Virus record (IMG/VR): IMGVR_UViG_3300043010_000145
DNA from: a virus
Taxonomy: Duplodnaviria; Caudoviricetes
Strand: one strand, 5' to 3'
DNA length: 64,000 bases
Made by a program: the position numbers and the translations under genes. Shown in pieces: positions 21,072-32,019 of this stretch. The notes beneath the pieces are model-generated. The model was not told the origin of the DNA and did not search any database. It was given only the letters and a program-made list of their open reading frames with translations. How positions within the stretch are numbered: the first letter of the stretch is position 1; every line of letters starts with the position of its first letter.

Positions 21072-21992
21072 ATGCATAATACAACAGATAGAACCGAATG
21101 GTATGAGAATTTTGTAGTATATGATACCGAAACAACGGGATTATATGCTTCTGATGAAATATTGCAGATTAGTGCCATTCGCTACATCAAATTGAACACT
21201 TACGAAGTACAAAATGGACAGGCTATTCCTGTAGATGCTGAAATTATGCCTTTGCAAACTTTTTTAGATATGCTCGGTGTGGAAACAGATTTAGTAAAAT
21301 ATGCAACATTTAATGCCTATATCTATCCAAAGAAAGGCATTAGTGCATCAGCGGAAGCAATCAATCACATTTCCCTAGATTTCTTTTCCGATATGAATCC
21401 AGAAAAGATTGAAGCAGAAAAAGTACTGCGGGAGTTTTTAGACTTTGTTGGAAAAGATGTGCTTACTGGCTGGTACGTAACCTACGATAGAAAAATGGTG
21501 AATTCCAATGCAAATCGTGCGGGTATCCGAGTGGATTTTAAAGAACACCCGCATTTTGATTCCAAGTCTTTAGCCGCTTGTTTTAACACTATTCCACGTG
21601 ATTTAAGAGAGGATTATTATTCTGATGAGGATAAGTTGCAACTGTTTAGCCAAGGCCTTCTGCCTGATAACAAACTTATAACAGTTTCTGATTACATCTA
21701 TTATTTATCTCACGGAATATTAAATCCAGAAAATGCTCTTGCACATGAGGCAATGTACGATTGTCAGAATACAGCCAATTCCTACTTGTTTATGTTGGAA
21801 TATCTGGATAAATACCAAAGAGGTGTGCAGCCTGATAGATTTCACAAAGCAGAACACGGTATTACAAAAGATTTTGTAACAGTGTACACAGCAGACGGCA
21901 GTATGATTTATCAGTTCAAAACACCAAAAGTATCTTTTAAGAATACAGAACAGCCGTATGAAACAAATGTGCCTGTAAAACCTGTGCAGTAA
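21072..21992 (+). CDS. DEDDh 3'-5' exonuclease (DnaQ/PolC-exonuclease-like)
   Basis: ExoI 'YDTETTG', ExoII 'YD' and ExoIII 'AHEAMYD' motifs. Confidence 0.85.
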   Translation: MHNTTDRTEWYENFVVYDTETTGLYASDEILQISAIRYIKLNTYEVQNGQAIPVDAEIMPLQTFLDMLGVETDLVKYATFNAYIYPKKGISASAEAINHISLDFFSDMNPEKIEAEKVLREFLDFVGKDVLTGWYVTYDRKMVNSNANRAGIRVDFKEHPHFDSKSLAACFNTIPRDLREDYYSDEDKLQLFSQGLLPDNKLITVSDYIYYLSHGILNPENALAHEAMYDCQNTANSYLFMLEYLDKYQRGVQPDRFHKAEHGITKDFVTVYTADGSMIYQFKTPKVSFKNTEQPYETNVPVKPVQ

Positions 21993-22173
21993 TCTAATCA
22001 TTTCAATAGTCTTTCTTAACAGAATATATTAACAGAAAAGTTAAGCAATTCTTTCCTAACTTGGAAAATTCTAGCTTTTCTGTTTTTCGTCATCTAAACG
22101 GTTTATATTTTTCGGGAGGTAATAGGAACTATATTCTAAGGAACGGCAGCCTTTTAGTTCCAAAACAAGTTTT

Positions 22174-22542
22174 ATGGTAACAAAAAATACAAAAATTCAG
22201 AATGGCATTGACAACATCAAGAACATGATGAAAGAATATGCTAACCCAAACATCACGATTGAACGCTTAATTCATCTGTATGACACAACAGGACCACTCA
22301 TCAATCAATGGTTGTGGTATCTTATGCAAATGTGCGAATCTTCAAAGGATACCAAGGCAACACAGTACCTTATCAATCAAATTGCAGAATGGGAAAAGAT
22401 GCAGGCATATTTGAACGGAATCAAGATGGAAGACGATGTAGAGGGTATTGCCTGTACTATTTGTGCGGATACACCAGCAAAATCAACAGATGTATGCACT
22501 GCAAAAGACTTAATTCAAGTTGTTAGTCAAATGGCATACTAA
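22174..22542 (+). CDS. Hypothetical protein
   Basis: 122-aa ORF followed by a hairpin. Confidence 0.6.
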   Translation: MVTKNTKIQNGIDNIKNMMKEYANPNITIERLIHLYDTTGPLINQWLWYLMQMCESSKDTKATQYLINQIAEWEKMQAYLNGIKMEDDVEGIACTICADTPAKSTDVCTAKDLIQVVSQMAY

Positions 22543-22976
22543 AATTCTAAGGCGGGTATTTTATTCGCCTTATATGTATGTTACTATGTTTTATTTTTAT
22601 CATACTTATATTTTCTCACTTCTATACAAGAAAAATAGCAGAACTATATTTCTAAATTTTCATTTGAAAACGCTTTCAAAATAATGTATCATACCGACAA
22701 GTACTATTTTTCAAAAAAAATCTAAAAAATGCTTGCTTTTTGTTATACTATGCCCTATACTTTACTCGTAACAAAAAGTTATCTATGTTATAAATTGCTT
22801 AAACATAGTTGACAGATTATGGAAGAAGGTTATGCACAAAGAAAAGTTTTAAGAAAAGAAGTTTGATTGAAGAAAAAGAAACGTTTAGAAAAAGGAATTG
22901 AGATTGAGCGAGCTTAAAAACAGTTGTGCTTAAAACCAAGAAAAGTTTAGAAGAAAAGGAGTTTAACAAGAACATT

Positions 22977-23450
22977 ATGGAAAAGAAGTTTGCGAAAGAT
23001 GTATTAGCCCTGAAGGATTTATTACAGCTGGAATTTGATAGATGTGAGTCAAAATTAGACGATGCCTTCGAAGAAATGACCTATTATGGTGCTTCTTCGG
23101 AAACAGTTTCCCCAAAAGAAAAAATTGAGCATTTCAATGCAAACAGAAATCAGGTTGAAGAGTTTTTAAACTCTTTTGAAATCTATTGCAACGAACTGAA
23201 AAAATGGAATAGCAATGAAGAAGATGGAACTCGTAAGGAAGTTTACAACGATATTATGGGTAAAATTGCTGCCCTAAATGATAAGAAAGAAACCTTGGTA
23301 TCCGAGTGGAATCTTGTAAAACCATACCTTGCTGCATTTGGTACAGACGAAGATTTGTGTGAAGTAGCTGCTTATAATATCGCAAAATATTCACAGGATT
23401 CTGACCAGTTCTTTACCGCAAAAGAAGTAGTAGAAACCTTTGCCATTTAG
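22977..23450 (+). CDS. Hypothetical coiled-coil protein
   Basis: ORF track starts at 22926; ATG 22977 follows AAGGAG. Start is uncertain. Confidence 0.65.
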   Translation: MEKKFAKDVLALKDLLQLEFDRCESKLDDAFEEMTYYGASSETVSPKEKIEHFNANRNQVEEFLNSFEIYCNELKKWNSNEEDGTRKEVYNDIMGKIAALNDKKETLVSEWNLVKPYLAAFGTDEDLCEVAAYNIAKYSQDSDQFFTAKEVVETFAI

Positions 23451-23519
23451 GAAAAGCTATTGCATAAAATAGCAGATTTTGGTATAATAGTATAGAAATA
23501 AATACCGGAGGTGCTTTTT

Positions 23520-23795
23520 ATGATAAATGCTGTACCAGACAGACCAATGCCTGATGAACCAAAAGTAACACAGAAAATGATTGAACCAGTTTTGCATGCT
23601 TTAAAGGCTTATAGTGAGGAATATTTGCAAACCAAACAAGATACAAGCCTAGATTATGCTGAGAAACAAGAATATCTGAAAGATTTAAAAGGTCAGATTA
23701 TTGATTTACGAATTGAGATTCAGGATATGGCATTAGACGGTAATCTTCCTATTCCCCAAGAAATTAATGAGGGTGCATTTGGACTACCATTCTGA
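23520..23795 (+). CDS. Hypothetical protein
   Basis: GGAGGT RBS before ATG 23520, with TG-TATAAT upstream. Confidence 0.7.
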   Translation: MINAVPDRPMPDEPKVTQKMIEPVLHALKAYSEEYLQTKQDTSLDYAEKQEYLKDLKGQIIDLRIEIQDMALDGNLPIPQEINEGAFGLPF

Positions 23796-23802
23796 TACAA
23801 AT

Positions 23803-23836
23803 AAAGCCACTAGCTATTCAGCTAGTGGCTTTTCTT
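23803..23836. terminator. Bidirectional terminator between convergent genes
   Basis: AAAGCCACTAGCT-attc-AGCTAGTGGCTTT. Confidence 0.8.
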
Positions 23837-24635
23837 TATTTTTAGCATCTTCTTTTTCTCTATAATCTACATCTGCTTTAAGCATTCGTAACTTATGTGT
23901 TAATTGAGAAATGTTATCATAATCAATATCTTCTTTTACATATTCCTGTGCTACAATTGGTTCTTTTTTTGTTTCTTCACTTTTTTCTGCGTCTGCTATC
24001 TGTTCATCAAATATATTGCTTGCTTCCACATTTTCTGATATAACTTCTTGTTCTTTCTTTTCTGCAACCTGTTGCATTTCCTCTGCGGTATCTACAACAC
24101 CGTCACCAATCATCGTGTTTTTTAACTTTTGACCCTTAGTTTTCAGGTAATACAAACTATCCACTTGCCCGCCTCTGTCATGCGGAATGCATTGAATAAT
24201 GTTGTAACCTTCTTTTTGTGCCCAAGTATTTGTTTTGTGATTGGTTGACCATGTTTGGAAACCCATATCACAGTTCACTTTTAAAGCCAGTTTAAAATAC
24301 ATAGTTCTAAATACTTCTTGATTTCGCCAGTCATCTCGCACGATAGCAATCGTCATATAGCAGAAATGCTGTTCCTCATCTAAGATGTAAGCAATAAAGC
24401 CAACAACAGTTCTTGGAGCACTATAAGCTAGGATAAAATGTTCTTTTAACAGTCCGTTATAAAATCGTTTAGGAATTGATTCAGTTGAATATCTTTTATT
24501 TAAGTTTTTAGTTGTGGGTGAGTCCATTTTATTTAGAGAGGGTACGAAGTCATCATTTGCTTCTCGTAGTAAATCAAAGACCTGTACACCGTCTAACCTT
24601 GTGAACTCAGAGCCTGTTTTAAATAAATACTGCAT
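23814..24635 (-). CDS. GNAT-family acetyltransferase with an acidic C-terminal tail
   Basis: 'VVGFIAY...YMTIAIVRDDWRNQEV...TWSTN' GNAT motifs. Confidence 0.7.
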   Translation of the reverse strand: MQYLFKTGSEFTRLDGVQVFDLLREANDDFVPSLNKMDSPTTKNLNKRYSTESIPKRFYNGLLKEHFILAYSAPRTVVGFIAYILDEEQHFCYMTIAIVRDDWRNQEVFRTMYFKLALKVNCDMGFQTWSTNHKTNTWAQKEGYNIIQCIPHDRGGQVDSLYYLKTKGQKLKNTMIGDGVVDTAEEMQQVAEKKEQEVISENVEASNIFDEQIADAEKSEETKKEPIVAQEYVKEDIDYDNISQLTHKLRMLKADVDYREKEDAKNKEKPLAE

Positions 24636-24791
24636 TGAGCCACCTCGAATCTACTTCTATTATACCGTATTTTCTTTTTCTTCCAAAATTTAACGGTGCT
24701 TTGCCTTTGTTTGCTTTCCCTCTAATTTCCACTTTGTGCTTTCTAGCCATTTATCTGTTCTGTGCTAAAATTATTATAGGAGAGAGTTGAA

Positions 24792-25793
24792 ATGTTAGAG
24801 AATGGAAAATTAACGAAGAATGGTTCTAATGCAATCAAGGGTTTTGCCATAATTGCCATGATTGCCTACCATTATTGGATTCGTGATTACGATTTTGGTA
24901 CACCTTTTGTAGATGCAAACACCTTATATTTAATTGGTAGAAGTCTGCGGTATTGTGTGGCTCTATTTGTATTCATTACAGGATATGGTTCATACATTTC
25001 GCTTCAAAACAAGAAAGACACAGACCTATTTCGCTGGGCAGTAAGAAGAATATTCAGCATTTGGAGCGGCTATATTTTCTTTGCCATACTTTGTATTTAT
25101 CTTGGAACTCGCTTGAATTGGCAAGAATGGGATTGGCATCGAATTTTTGAAGATTTTACAGCCATACATTACTCAGGCGACTACCGTGGGTATCTCAATA
25201 CTTGGTGGTATTTACCAACTGCTTATATTCTTGTGTTACTTGCACCATTCGTGAAGAAAGCAGTCGATAAATATGGTGCTTTCATCCTACTGTTATCTTT
25301 TGCTTTTCCTCTTATTTTCGATAAGACATATGAATGGTGGGAACCATGCTTTTTATGGCTGCCTATTTTAATTGAGGGAATGCTTGCTGCCAAACTAAGC
25401 CTACGAGTTTCTAAGAGTACTTTGTGTAACTTCATATTTGGTACTTTCTTACTTGCCGTAGGTACAGGAATTTGTATGATTTGCTTAGAGTTAGACGGCT
25501 TTGCTCTTTGGATTCGCTTCTGGCTTGCAACACCATTTCTCATTTACGGTATTATCAATATTTGTTCATGCAAGCCATTAAAGACTATTCTTGCTTTTCT
25601 GGGTAAGTATAGTTTCGGTATGTTTCTATTCCATTTATTGCTTTACAATGCATTCTTTGATGAACTTAATATCCTCAGCCAGCAGTATTGGTTGTTGCCC
25701 GTGCTGGTTGTTCTGCTAATTTCTTTGCTGGTATCTATTCCAATTACAATATTATCAAATTCTCTTTTCAAGAAATTAAGGGCTGCTATCTAG
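24792..25793 (+). CDS. Acyltransferase-3 (OafA-like) membrane O-acyltransferase, paralogue 1
   Basis: 'IKGFAIIAMIAYH', 'LFVFITGYG', 'WWY' and 'LGKYSFGMFLFH' motifs; about 10 TMs. Confidence 0.9.
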   Translation: MLENGKLTKNGSNAIKGFAIIAMIAYHYWIRDYDFGTPFVDANTLYLIGRSLRYCVALFVFITGYGSYISLQNKKDTDLFRWAVRRIFSIWSGYIFFAILCIYLGTRLNWQEWDWHRIFEDFTAIHYSGDYRGYLNTWWYLPTAYILVLLAPFVKKAVDKYGAFILLLSFAFPLIFDKTYEWWEPCFLWLPILIEGMLAAKLSLRVSKSTLCNFIFGTFLLAVGTGICMICLELDGFALWIRFWLATPFLIYGIINICSCKPLKTILAFLGKYSFGMFLFHLLLYNAFFDELNILSQQYWLLPVLVVLLISLLVSIPITILSNSLFKKLRAAI

Positions 25794-25890
25794 CAGCCCT
25801 TTTATTTCACCTTAGTGAAATATCTTTGTTTCTACCTATTGTGTACTGCACTTAGAGTATAATGAATAGGAAGAAAAGAGAGGGAATTTT

Positions 25891-26886
25891 ATGAATACTA
25901 CCATTTTGCAAAATGGTAAACTAACGAAGCAGGCATCTAATGCGATTAAAGGCTTCGCTATTATTGCCATGCTGATACATCATTTTTTAATCCGAAGCTA
26001 TGATTACAACACCTTTATCTTGCCTACAAATGTAATGCATGTATTTGGTCTTGCCCTTCGCATTTGTATACCATTATTCGTTTTCGTCACTGGCTATGGC
26101 TCATATCTTTCTTTAAAGAATGATACAAATATTTTCCAATGGGCAAAGCGAAGAATTTATAGCATCTGGAAAGGATATGTGCCTTTCGCCATTATCTGCA
26201 TACTCCTAGGTGTCGCAGTAGGTTGGAAAGCATACGATTGGCACAGAATTTTCGAGGATTTATCTGGTCTGCACCAAACTTCCGATTATCACGGATATAT
26301 CCTTTCTTGGTGGTATATGCCCACGGCTTATGTTTTAGTCCTAGTTGCACCATTTACAAAGAAGCTTGTAGATAAATACGGTGCTTACATATTTCTAGTT
26401 TCACTAATTCTGCCATTAGTTTTCGATTTTGAGTATACAGGCTTAGATGTACTGTTCTGCTGGCTGCCTGTTCTAATTGAAGGAATGCTCTTTGCAAAAG
26501 TGAAAATCAAACCACAGAATAATTTCGGGTTCGGGATTCTTTATATTTGCCTAGGCTTGCTCCTTTTTGGAATCTGCTTAGTTCTTGGCGGGTATATATT
26601 GTGGTTCCGTTTCTGGCTTACAACACCATTTTTCATTCTGGGCATTCTGAATATCTGCTCTTCAATAAAAATTACACAGCTCATAGCCTTTCTTGGCAAA
26701 TACAGTTTTGGAATGTATCTCTGCCATACACTTATTTATGATGTATTCTTTGAGTATATCAATGCACTTAGCAAAGTTTATTGGCTCTTGCCTGTAATTC
26801 TTACAGCAGGCATTTCTTTACTTGCAACCATCCTAATTTCCAAATTGTCATCTAAAATATTTGCCAAAATCGAAGCAGTATTCTAA
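25891..26886 (+). CDS. Acyltransferase-3 membrane O-acyltransferase, paralogue 2
   Basis: Same motifs as 24792. Confidence 0.9.
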   Translation: MNTTILQNGKLTKQASNAIKGFAIIAMLIHHFLIRSYDYNTFILPTNVMHVFGLALRICIPLFVFVTGYGSYLSLKNDTNIFQWAKRRIYSIWKGYVPFAIICILLGVAVGWKAYDWHRIFEDLSGLHQTSDYHGYILSWWYMPTAYVLVLVAPFTKKLVDKYGAYIFLVSLILPLVFDFEYTGLDVLFCWLPVLIEGMLFAKVKIKPQNNFGFGILYICLGLLLFGICLVLGGYILWFRFWLTTPFFILGILNICSSIKITQLIAFLGKYSFGMYLCHTLIYDVFFEYINALSKVYWLLPVILTAGISLLATILISKLSSKIFAKIEAVF

Positions 26887-27010
26887 GAATACTGCTTTTT
26901 ATTTACTTTTTCTCTTACCTGTTCCTCTAATTTAATTGGAACATTCTCAATACTTAAAGAAACAACTTATATACTAAGGTAGGATAGATAGGAGGCTTTA
27001 CAAGTATAAA

Positions 27011-27997
27011 ATGCTAGAAAATGGAAAATTAACCAAACAGGCATCTAATGCAATCAAAGGTTTAGCACTAATCACCATGTTGTTAAATCATTATCTTATC
27101 CGTAATTTTACCGTCAACACCTTACTTATACCTTCTGACATATTAATTCTTCTCGGAAAGAGTATGCGGTGTGCCGTGCCACTGTTCGTTTTTGTAACAG
27201 GTTATGGCTCATATTTTTCTTTACAAAACACTAACAACTATCAGAAATGGGCAAAAAGAAGAGTTCTCAGTATTTGGAAAGGCTACATTCCTTTCGCAAT
27301 TCTTTGTATCATAATCGGTGTTGCAGTCGGCTGGCAAGCATACGACTGGGCAAGACTATTTGAAGATTTCACAGGATTGCATAGATTTGCAGATTATGCG
27401 GGGTATCTTGGCTCGTGGTGGTATCTGCCCACAGCTTATGCTCTGGTACTTTTCGCACCACTTATCAAAAAGCTTGTCGATAAATACGGAACCTACACCC
27501 TAATTATTTCAATGATTTTACCGCTTGTATTCAATTTCCAATATACAGGTGTAGATGTCCTCTTTGCATGGCTGCCAGTTCTAATCGAAGGAATGCTTCT
27601 CGCAAAATGTAAAATAAAAGACCAGCACAACATTTTCCTAGGAATTTTGCAAATCATAGCAGGCATACTGATTTGCTGGCTCTGTTTTGCATGCGGTGGG
27701 TATTTGCTTTGGGTTCGTTTCTGGATTACAACTCCACTAATTGTTTTCGGCACTATTAATATCTGCACATCTAAGAAAACGGCGAAGTTTCTTGCTTTTC
27801 TTGGTAAATATAGCTTCGGAACTTATTTATTCCACCCTCTCCTATATGATGCATTCTTTGATTTTGAAGAGATGCTCGGTTCTGTATACTGGCTTGTGCC
27901 TGTAATAGTAACATTAGCCATTGCCCTTGCAGTTTCAGTTATCGTAACAAAACTATCAGAAAAGTTCTTTTATAAATTAGAGGCAGCATTCCACTAG
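27011..27997 (+). CDS. Acyltransferase-3 membrane O-acyltransferase, paralogue 3
   Basis: Same motifs as 24792; closest to paralogue 2. Confidence 0.9.
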   Translation: MLENGKLTKQASNAIKGLALITMLLNHYLIRNFTVNTLLIPSDILILLGKSMRCAVPLFVFVTGYGSYFSLQNTNNYQKWAKRRVLSIWKGYIPFAILCIIIGVAVGWQAYDWARLFEDFTGLHRFADYAGYLGSWWYLPTAYALVLFAPLIKKLVDKYGTYTLIISMILPLVFNFQYTGVDVLFAWLPVLIEGMLLAKCKIKDQHNIFLGILQIIAGILICWLCFACGGYLLWVRFWITTPLIVFGTINICTSKKTAKFLAFLGKYSFGTYLFHPLLYDAFFDFEEMLGSVYWLVPVIVTLAIALAVSVIVTKLSEKFFYKLEAAFH

Positions 27998-28141
27998 GGA
28001 ATGCTGCTTTTTTCTTCTTTCCTTGCCTCTCGCACCCGTACAACTGCAAAAACTTACAAAAACTCTACCACAGAAAAAACTTTTTTTGTATTATCCGTCT
28101 TTCTATGCTAAGATTTCATTGAAGAAATATAGAAAGGACTG

Positions 28142-29137
28142 ATGCATTTGTATGTTGCCCTCTTGATTATTCTCTTTGTAATTATAGGTGTTGCCCTCAT
28201 ACTCATTAAGACAGGTTTAGAAATAAGACAACCTTGTTATGAATTAGACCCAACACTAAACGAACGATTTACTTATACCATAGAAAGTTTCATACATTCT
28301 ATTTTATACAACAATCAGCTAAGGTGGTCTACCTTAACCTTATTTATGTGTCTTGTCTTACTTTTTAATCTAATCCAATCCACAAGATTTGAAGCAACAG
28401 AACGAATAATTGCTGCCAAAAACATTGAACAGCAAGAAGAATACCTATTATACAACGAAGATAATGAATCTAACGAAGAAACCACAATCAAAGCAAGCGA
28501 AGAACCAACACCATTAATTGTAGAAGCAAAAGACGATTCAGAAGAACTAGAAGATACAGAAGTAGAAGAATCTGCATGGCAAGAAATACCGCTTTGCGAT
28601 ACAAAGTATTCAACCAAAACCTATATGGACGATGAGAAAATTACATCTCGAACAAGTGAACAATGGAAATTATTCAACGAATCTAAATGGGGAGACGTCA
28701 TTACAGATGACATTGGCTTCCAGTACATCTTAGGAACTGACCCAGATACTGGCGAAGAAATGAAATTCTACACCGTAGCCTTGGGTACTTACTACATGGA
28801 CCATATCGGACAGAAGTTCCGCATTACATTGGAAAGTGGTTTTACATTCGGAGCAATCATTGGCGACCAAAAGAGCGATGCTCACACACATGCTGGCTCG
28901 GAAAGTGCTTCTCTGCTTGAAACGATGACAGATGAAGAAATATCTGCACACAATCCAAATAAATGCCTTGCTGGTTCAAATGATGCCTTAGAGTTTATCA
29001 TAGATAGTGATGTTTTATATTCTTACTTTCCGGGGAAGAACGGGTATGCCAATTCTGGAAGTATGAATTATGATTTCGATGATGAACACATGTTTTCAGG
29101 CAAAATTGTAAAGATAGAAGTTCTTACAGATTCTTAA
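28142..29137 (+). CDS. Membrane-anchored extracellular protein; C-terminal domain paralogous to the N-terminal domain of 34026
   Basis: Two N-terminal TMs and an acidic linker, then 'VALGTYY..IGQKFRITLE...EFIID...DDEHMFSGKIVKIE'. Confidence 0.7.
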   Translation: MHLYVALLIILFVIIGVALILIKTGLEIRQPCYELDPTLNERFTYTIESFIHSILYNNQLRWSTLTLFMCLVLLFNLIQSTRFEATERIIAAKNIEQQEEYLLYNEDNESNEETTIKASEEPTPLIVEAKDDSEELEDTEVEESAWQEIPLCDTKYSTKTYMDDEKITSRTSEQWKLFNESKWGDVITDDIGFQYILGTDPDTGEEMKFYTVALGTYYMDHIGQKFRITLESGFTFGAIIGDQKSDAHTHAGSESASLLETMTDEEISAHNPNKCLAGSNDALEFIIDSDVLYSYFPGKNGYANSGSMNYDFDDEHMFSGKIVKIEVLTDS

Positions 29138-29351
29138 TCTATTCTATTAACAACACACGCCGCACAACCTCCTACGGAGCCGTGCGGCTTTTCTTGTGCC
29201 AGCTAAATCTTTCCCCTATTCTATCTTGCACCAGCCCTATCTTCCCCTACCATATCTTACCCGAATATCTGTCTATTCCCGCCTATTTTTATCCCAACAA
29301 ACATCTAACCCAAGGAAAACACCTATATTTATTACTAAATGAGGAATACTT

Positions 29352-30089
29352 ATGTACAAATTCAGTCCAATCCAAGAACATCTAATCGACTACACTGTCT
29401 CACCCAAATATATGTCTGTCTACCAGAATATTCTGCTGCCACTAGCCAAAGATTTAGAAAACCGTGCCGACTGGCATGGTTTTCATACAGAACTGCAAAA
29501 CCTTGTTTTGCAGGAACTAATCGCAGCCTATCCACCTTCTATACCAAATGCAGAAGAGCTTGCTCGTCAGCACCCGTACTATCAAACGATTTCAGCCATA
29601 GCAAGCTGTGAAGAATGGTGCACCTATATTGCTGTTCTAAGCCCTCGTTCTCTTGAAAAGAAAGACCCTCGCAAGAATTACAGCAACTGCACCCGCCAAG
29701 CCTTGCATACTGCTGTTCCAGATTTTGAACAAGACTTTATCGACTTGCACAACCTTTTCGGTTTCTTAAAGTATGACACTCCGCAAAGAGTTGCGGAAAG
29801 ATGTATGATGTCTTATTTATACAAGAACAAACCTGAAATTCGCCTTCGCATCGTAGAAGGCATTTCTTTCTCGCATCAGCCATTCCAAATTGGCGAAGCT
29901 GTCATTAAAGATTTGCTCGTTGCCAATGCAGCCGTGCAGCAGAAATTCGGGTATTCCTTGCATAAATCCGAAATTGTTTGTTTTGTGAATCGGATTGTGT
30001 ATGATTATTTGCCTTCTGACTTGCAAAAGAAAGCCAATAAAGAGCAGCTTGTGTATACAGATGATTTTAAGCGGTATAAGTATGTGTAG
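29352..30089 (+). CDS. Hypothetical protein
   Basis: 245-aa ORF with a GAGGA RBS and a downstream hairpin. Confidence 0.75.
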   Translation: MYKFSPIQEHLIDYTVSPKYMSVYQNILLPLAKDLENRADWHGFHTELQNLVLQELIAAYPPSIPNAEELARQHPYYQTISAIASCEEWCTYIAVLSPRSLEKKDPRKNYSNCTRQALHTAVPDFEQDFIDLHNLFGFLKYDTPQRVAERCMMSYLYKNKPEIRLRIVEGISFSHQPFQIGEAVIKDLLVANAAVQQKFGYSLHKSEIVCFVNRIVYDYLPSDLQKKANKEQLVYTDDFKRYKYV

Positions 30090-30319
30090 TTCTTACATAG
30101 CTCTGTATGATATTAAATAATACAAAAGAGCGGCCAGAAGGCTGCTCTTTTGTATTGCTGTATATTGCGATAAGGATTTCTAAGTACTTTGTTTTTGCTT
30201 TGATATAAGTGATAGTGATAGTGATAGATAAATAAAGGGAGGTTTTCTGCACTTAGAATCCTTGGACATAATTTCTATTTCTTTTTACATCTTTAATATA
30301 CACGAGGACATAAATCGTG

Positions 30320-31042
30320 TCAACAAAAAAATAAACTTTTTTTATTTTTTTCGCATAAAGTTATTCGTATAGCTTCTAAACCAATTTCCCGTGCTAAATT
30401 ACATAGTTTTTCTACAATATATCTATCTGTATTTGTCCATTTTCTAAGCCAAACAACATCTGCACCCAGTTCTGCTATCTTTTCCACTTGTTCTCCACCA
30501 TGCTCATACCTGTCCATTACTATGCCACAACTCTGCTTATCCGCACTCTGCCAGTAGAGAATATAGTGTAATCCATTACCAAACCAATACTTTTGCAGAC
30601 CAACAGTAATCTGCTCCGCCCTATCTGCAAATTGCAGCCATTCCCAGAGCATAGTTCCTTCCAGCTGTTCTACTAAAACTGTCATATTCCAGCCCAGTCC
30701 GTAATGTCGCAGTCTGCTTTCCGCACAGCCCTCGTCACCCACAGCATATTGCACAGCCAGATGATTTCCCTTTGTTGCAACACCTAGCTCTTTATTAGCT
30801 AGTAATCGAACCAACTCCTGCACAGGTGCAACGGGTATACTCATCTTCTTATCTTGCTCTTTTTTGCCTTTCTTCTGCCTTTCCTCTTGAACCATCTCGC
30901 CTTGAAAATAATACACACCTTGTGCAATTTCCTTGGGCAAGGTCATCAGCACGGTATGCATCTTCTTGTTGCTATCTCTTGCATAGATAAATCCGCTGCC
31001 TTTTTCATCTTCTTCATAGTAAAGTTTATACAACTGCCACAC
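30320..31042 (-). CDS. Hypothetical protein
   Basis: 240-aa ORF with AGGAGG near the start; the exact start codon is uncertain. Confidence 0.6.
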   Translation of the reverse strand: MWQLYKLYYEEDEKGSGFIYARDSNKKMHTVLMTLPKEIAQGVYYFQGEMVQEERQKKGKKEQDKKMSIPVAPVQELVRLLANKELGVATKGNHLAVQYAVGDEGCAESRLRHYGLGWNMTVLVEQLEGTMLWEWLQFADRAEQITVGLQKYWFGNGLHYILYWQSADKQSCGIVMDRYEHGGEQVEKIAELGADVVWLRKWTNTDRYIVEKLCNLAREIGLEAIRITLCEKNKKSLFFC

Positions 31043-31238
31043 CTCCTAGCCTTTTTCTGCTTGCTTCCTAATTTCGTTTGTTCTATTTTCTTTTCCCCTA
31101 ATATTACTAGGTTTTCTTTTCCTTATTTGTTAATTTTCTTTTTTAATCTTGCAAAAAGAACTAGTTTTTACAAATTTTCTTTTCTATTTCAATAAACATA
31201 AAAAACAGCCCGTGCTTTGCACAGGCTGTTTCTTCTAC

Positions 31239-31631
31239 CTAATTAAATTGTACGACACCAAGATAAGATAAGAACTGATGTTGCATAGCTCCGAATTCTT
31301 CCTCCGTATATTCTGGAAATTTATCGGTTTTTCCTTGCACATATTCCAGTACCAGTTTTGTATAATCCAAACCTTTCTGCAAGGAGTCTACTACTTTGTT
31401 CCAGCTTTCTGTCTCGCCCAAGTCTTTTCCGACTTCACACACCCATTTGGCTGTTTCCAGATATTTTTCTTGTTCCGAGATATATTCCTGAATTGCTTTC
31501 TCTTTTTCTTCCTGAGTAATTGTGCTGACATATAATGTTGTGCAGCATTTGTTTGCAGCCAATTCCAAATTATCGCATAACTGCAACAAGCCAGTGTTCA
31601 GCACCTGTCGTTTCATTTCTTTTGTTGTCAT
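31239..31631 (-). CDS. Hypothetical helical protein
   Basis: ORF track extends to 31679; ATG 31631 follows AAGGG. Hairpin downstream. Confidence 0.65.
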   Translation of the reverse strand: MTTKEMKRQVLNTGLLQLCDNLELAANKCCTTLYVSTITQEEKEKAIQEYISEQEKYLETAKWVCEVGKDLGETESWNKVVDSLQKGLDYTKLVLEYVQGKTDKFPEYTEEEFGAMQHQFLSYLGVVQFN

Positions 31632-32019
31632 ATTGGTTTCCCTTTCTTCGATACCAACATTTTTACATACTTTGCTCAAAAAAGCAAGCAGAAACTACTA
31701 TTTTCGCCACTAATTCACACTCGGGGTATTCTCATCACAGCCACTTGCGAAATTTTCGCTTCTAGCACCATACCGTTACCAACTGTCCGCTTTTTCGTCT
31801 AGCACCTATACTCACGGGCTTTATTTCGTAAAAGCTCGGAAACTGCATTTTCCGAGCTTGCAGAACTTCGGAAAACACACTCTCCGCCGTTTTAGATTAG
31901 AAACAACTTTATCTATTTTTCTTCGGCAAAACCCAGTTCTTCTTACAGGCAATATCTTCCCCTTGCACCTTTCTTTTTAGTAAAAGTTGTATAATGAGTA
32001 TAGAAATGAGGACACTCCC

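Noticed and set aside
20585-21079. 164-aa alternative-frame ORF with ILMVILI repeats
   Set aside because: An out-of-frame reading of the 21-bp coding repeat.
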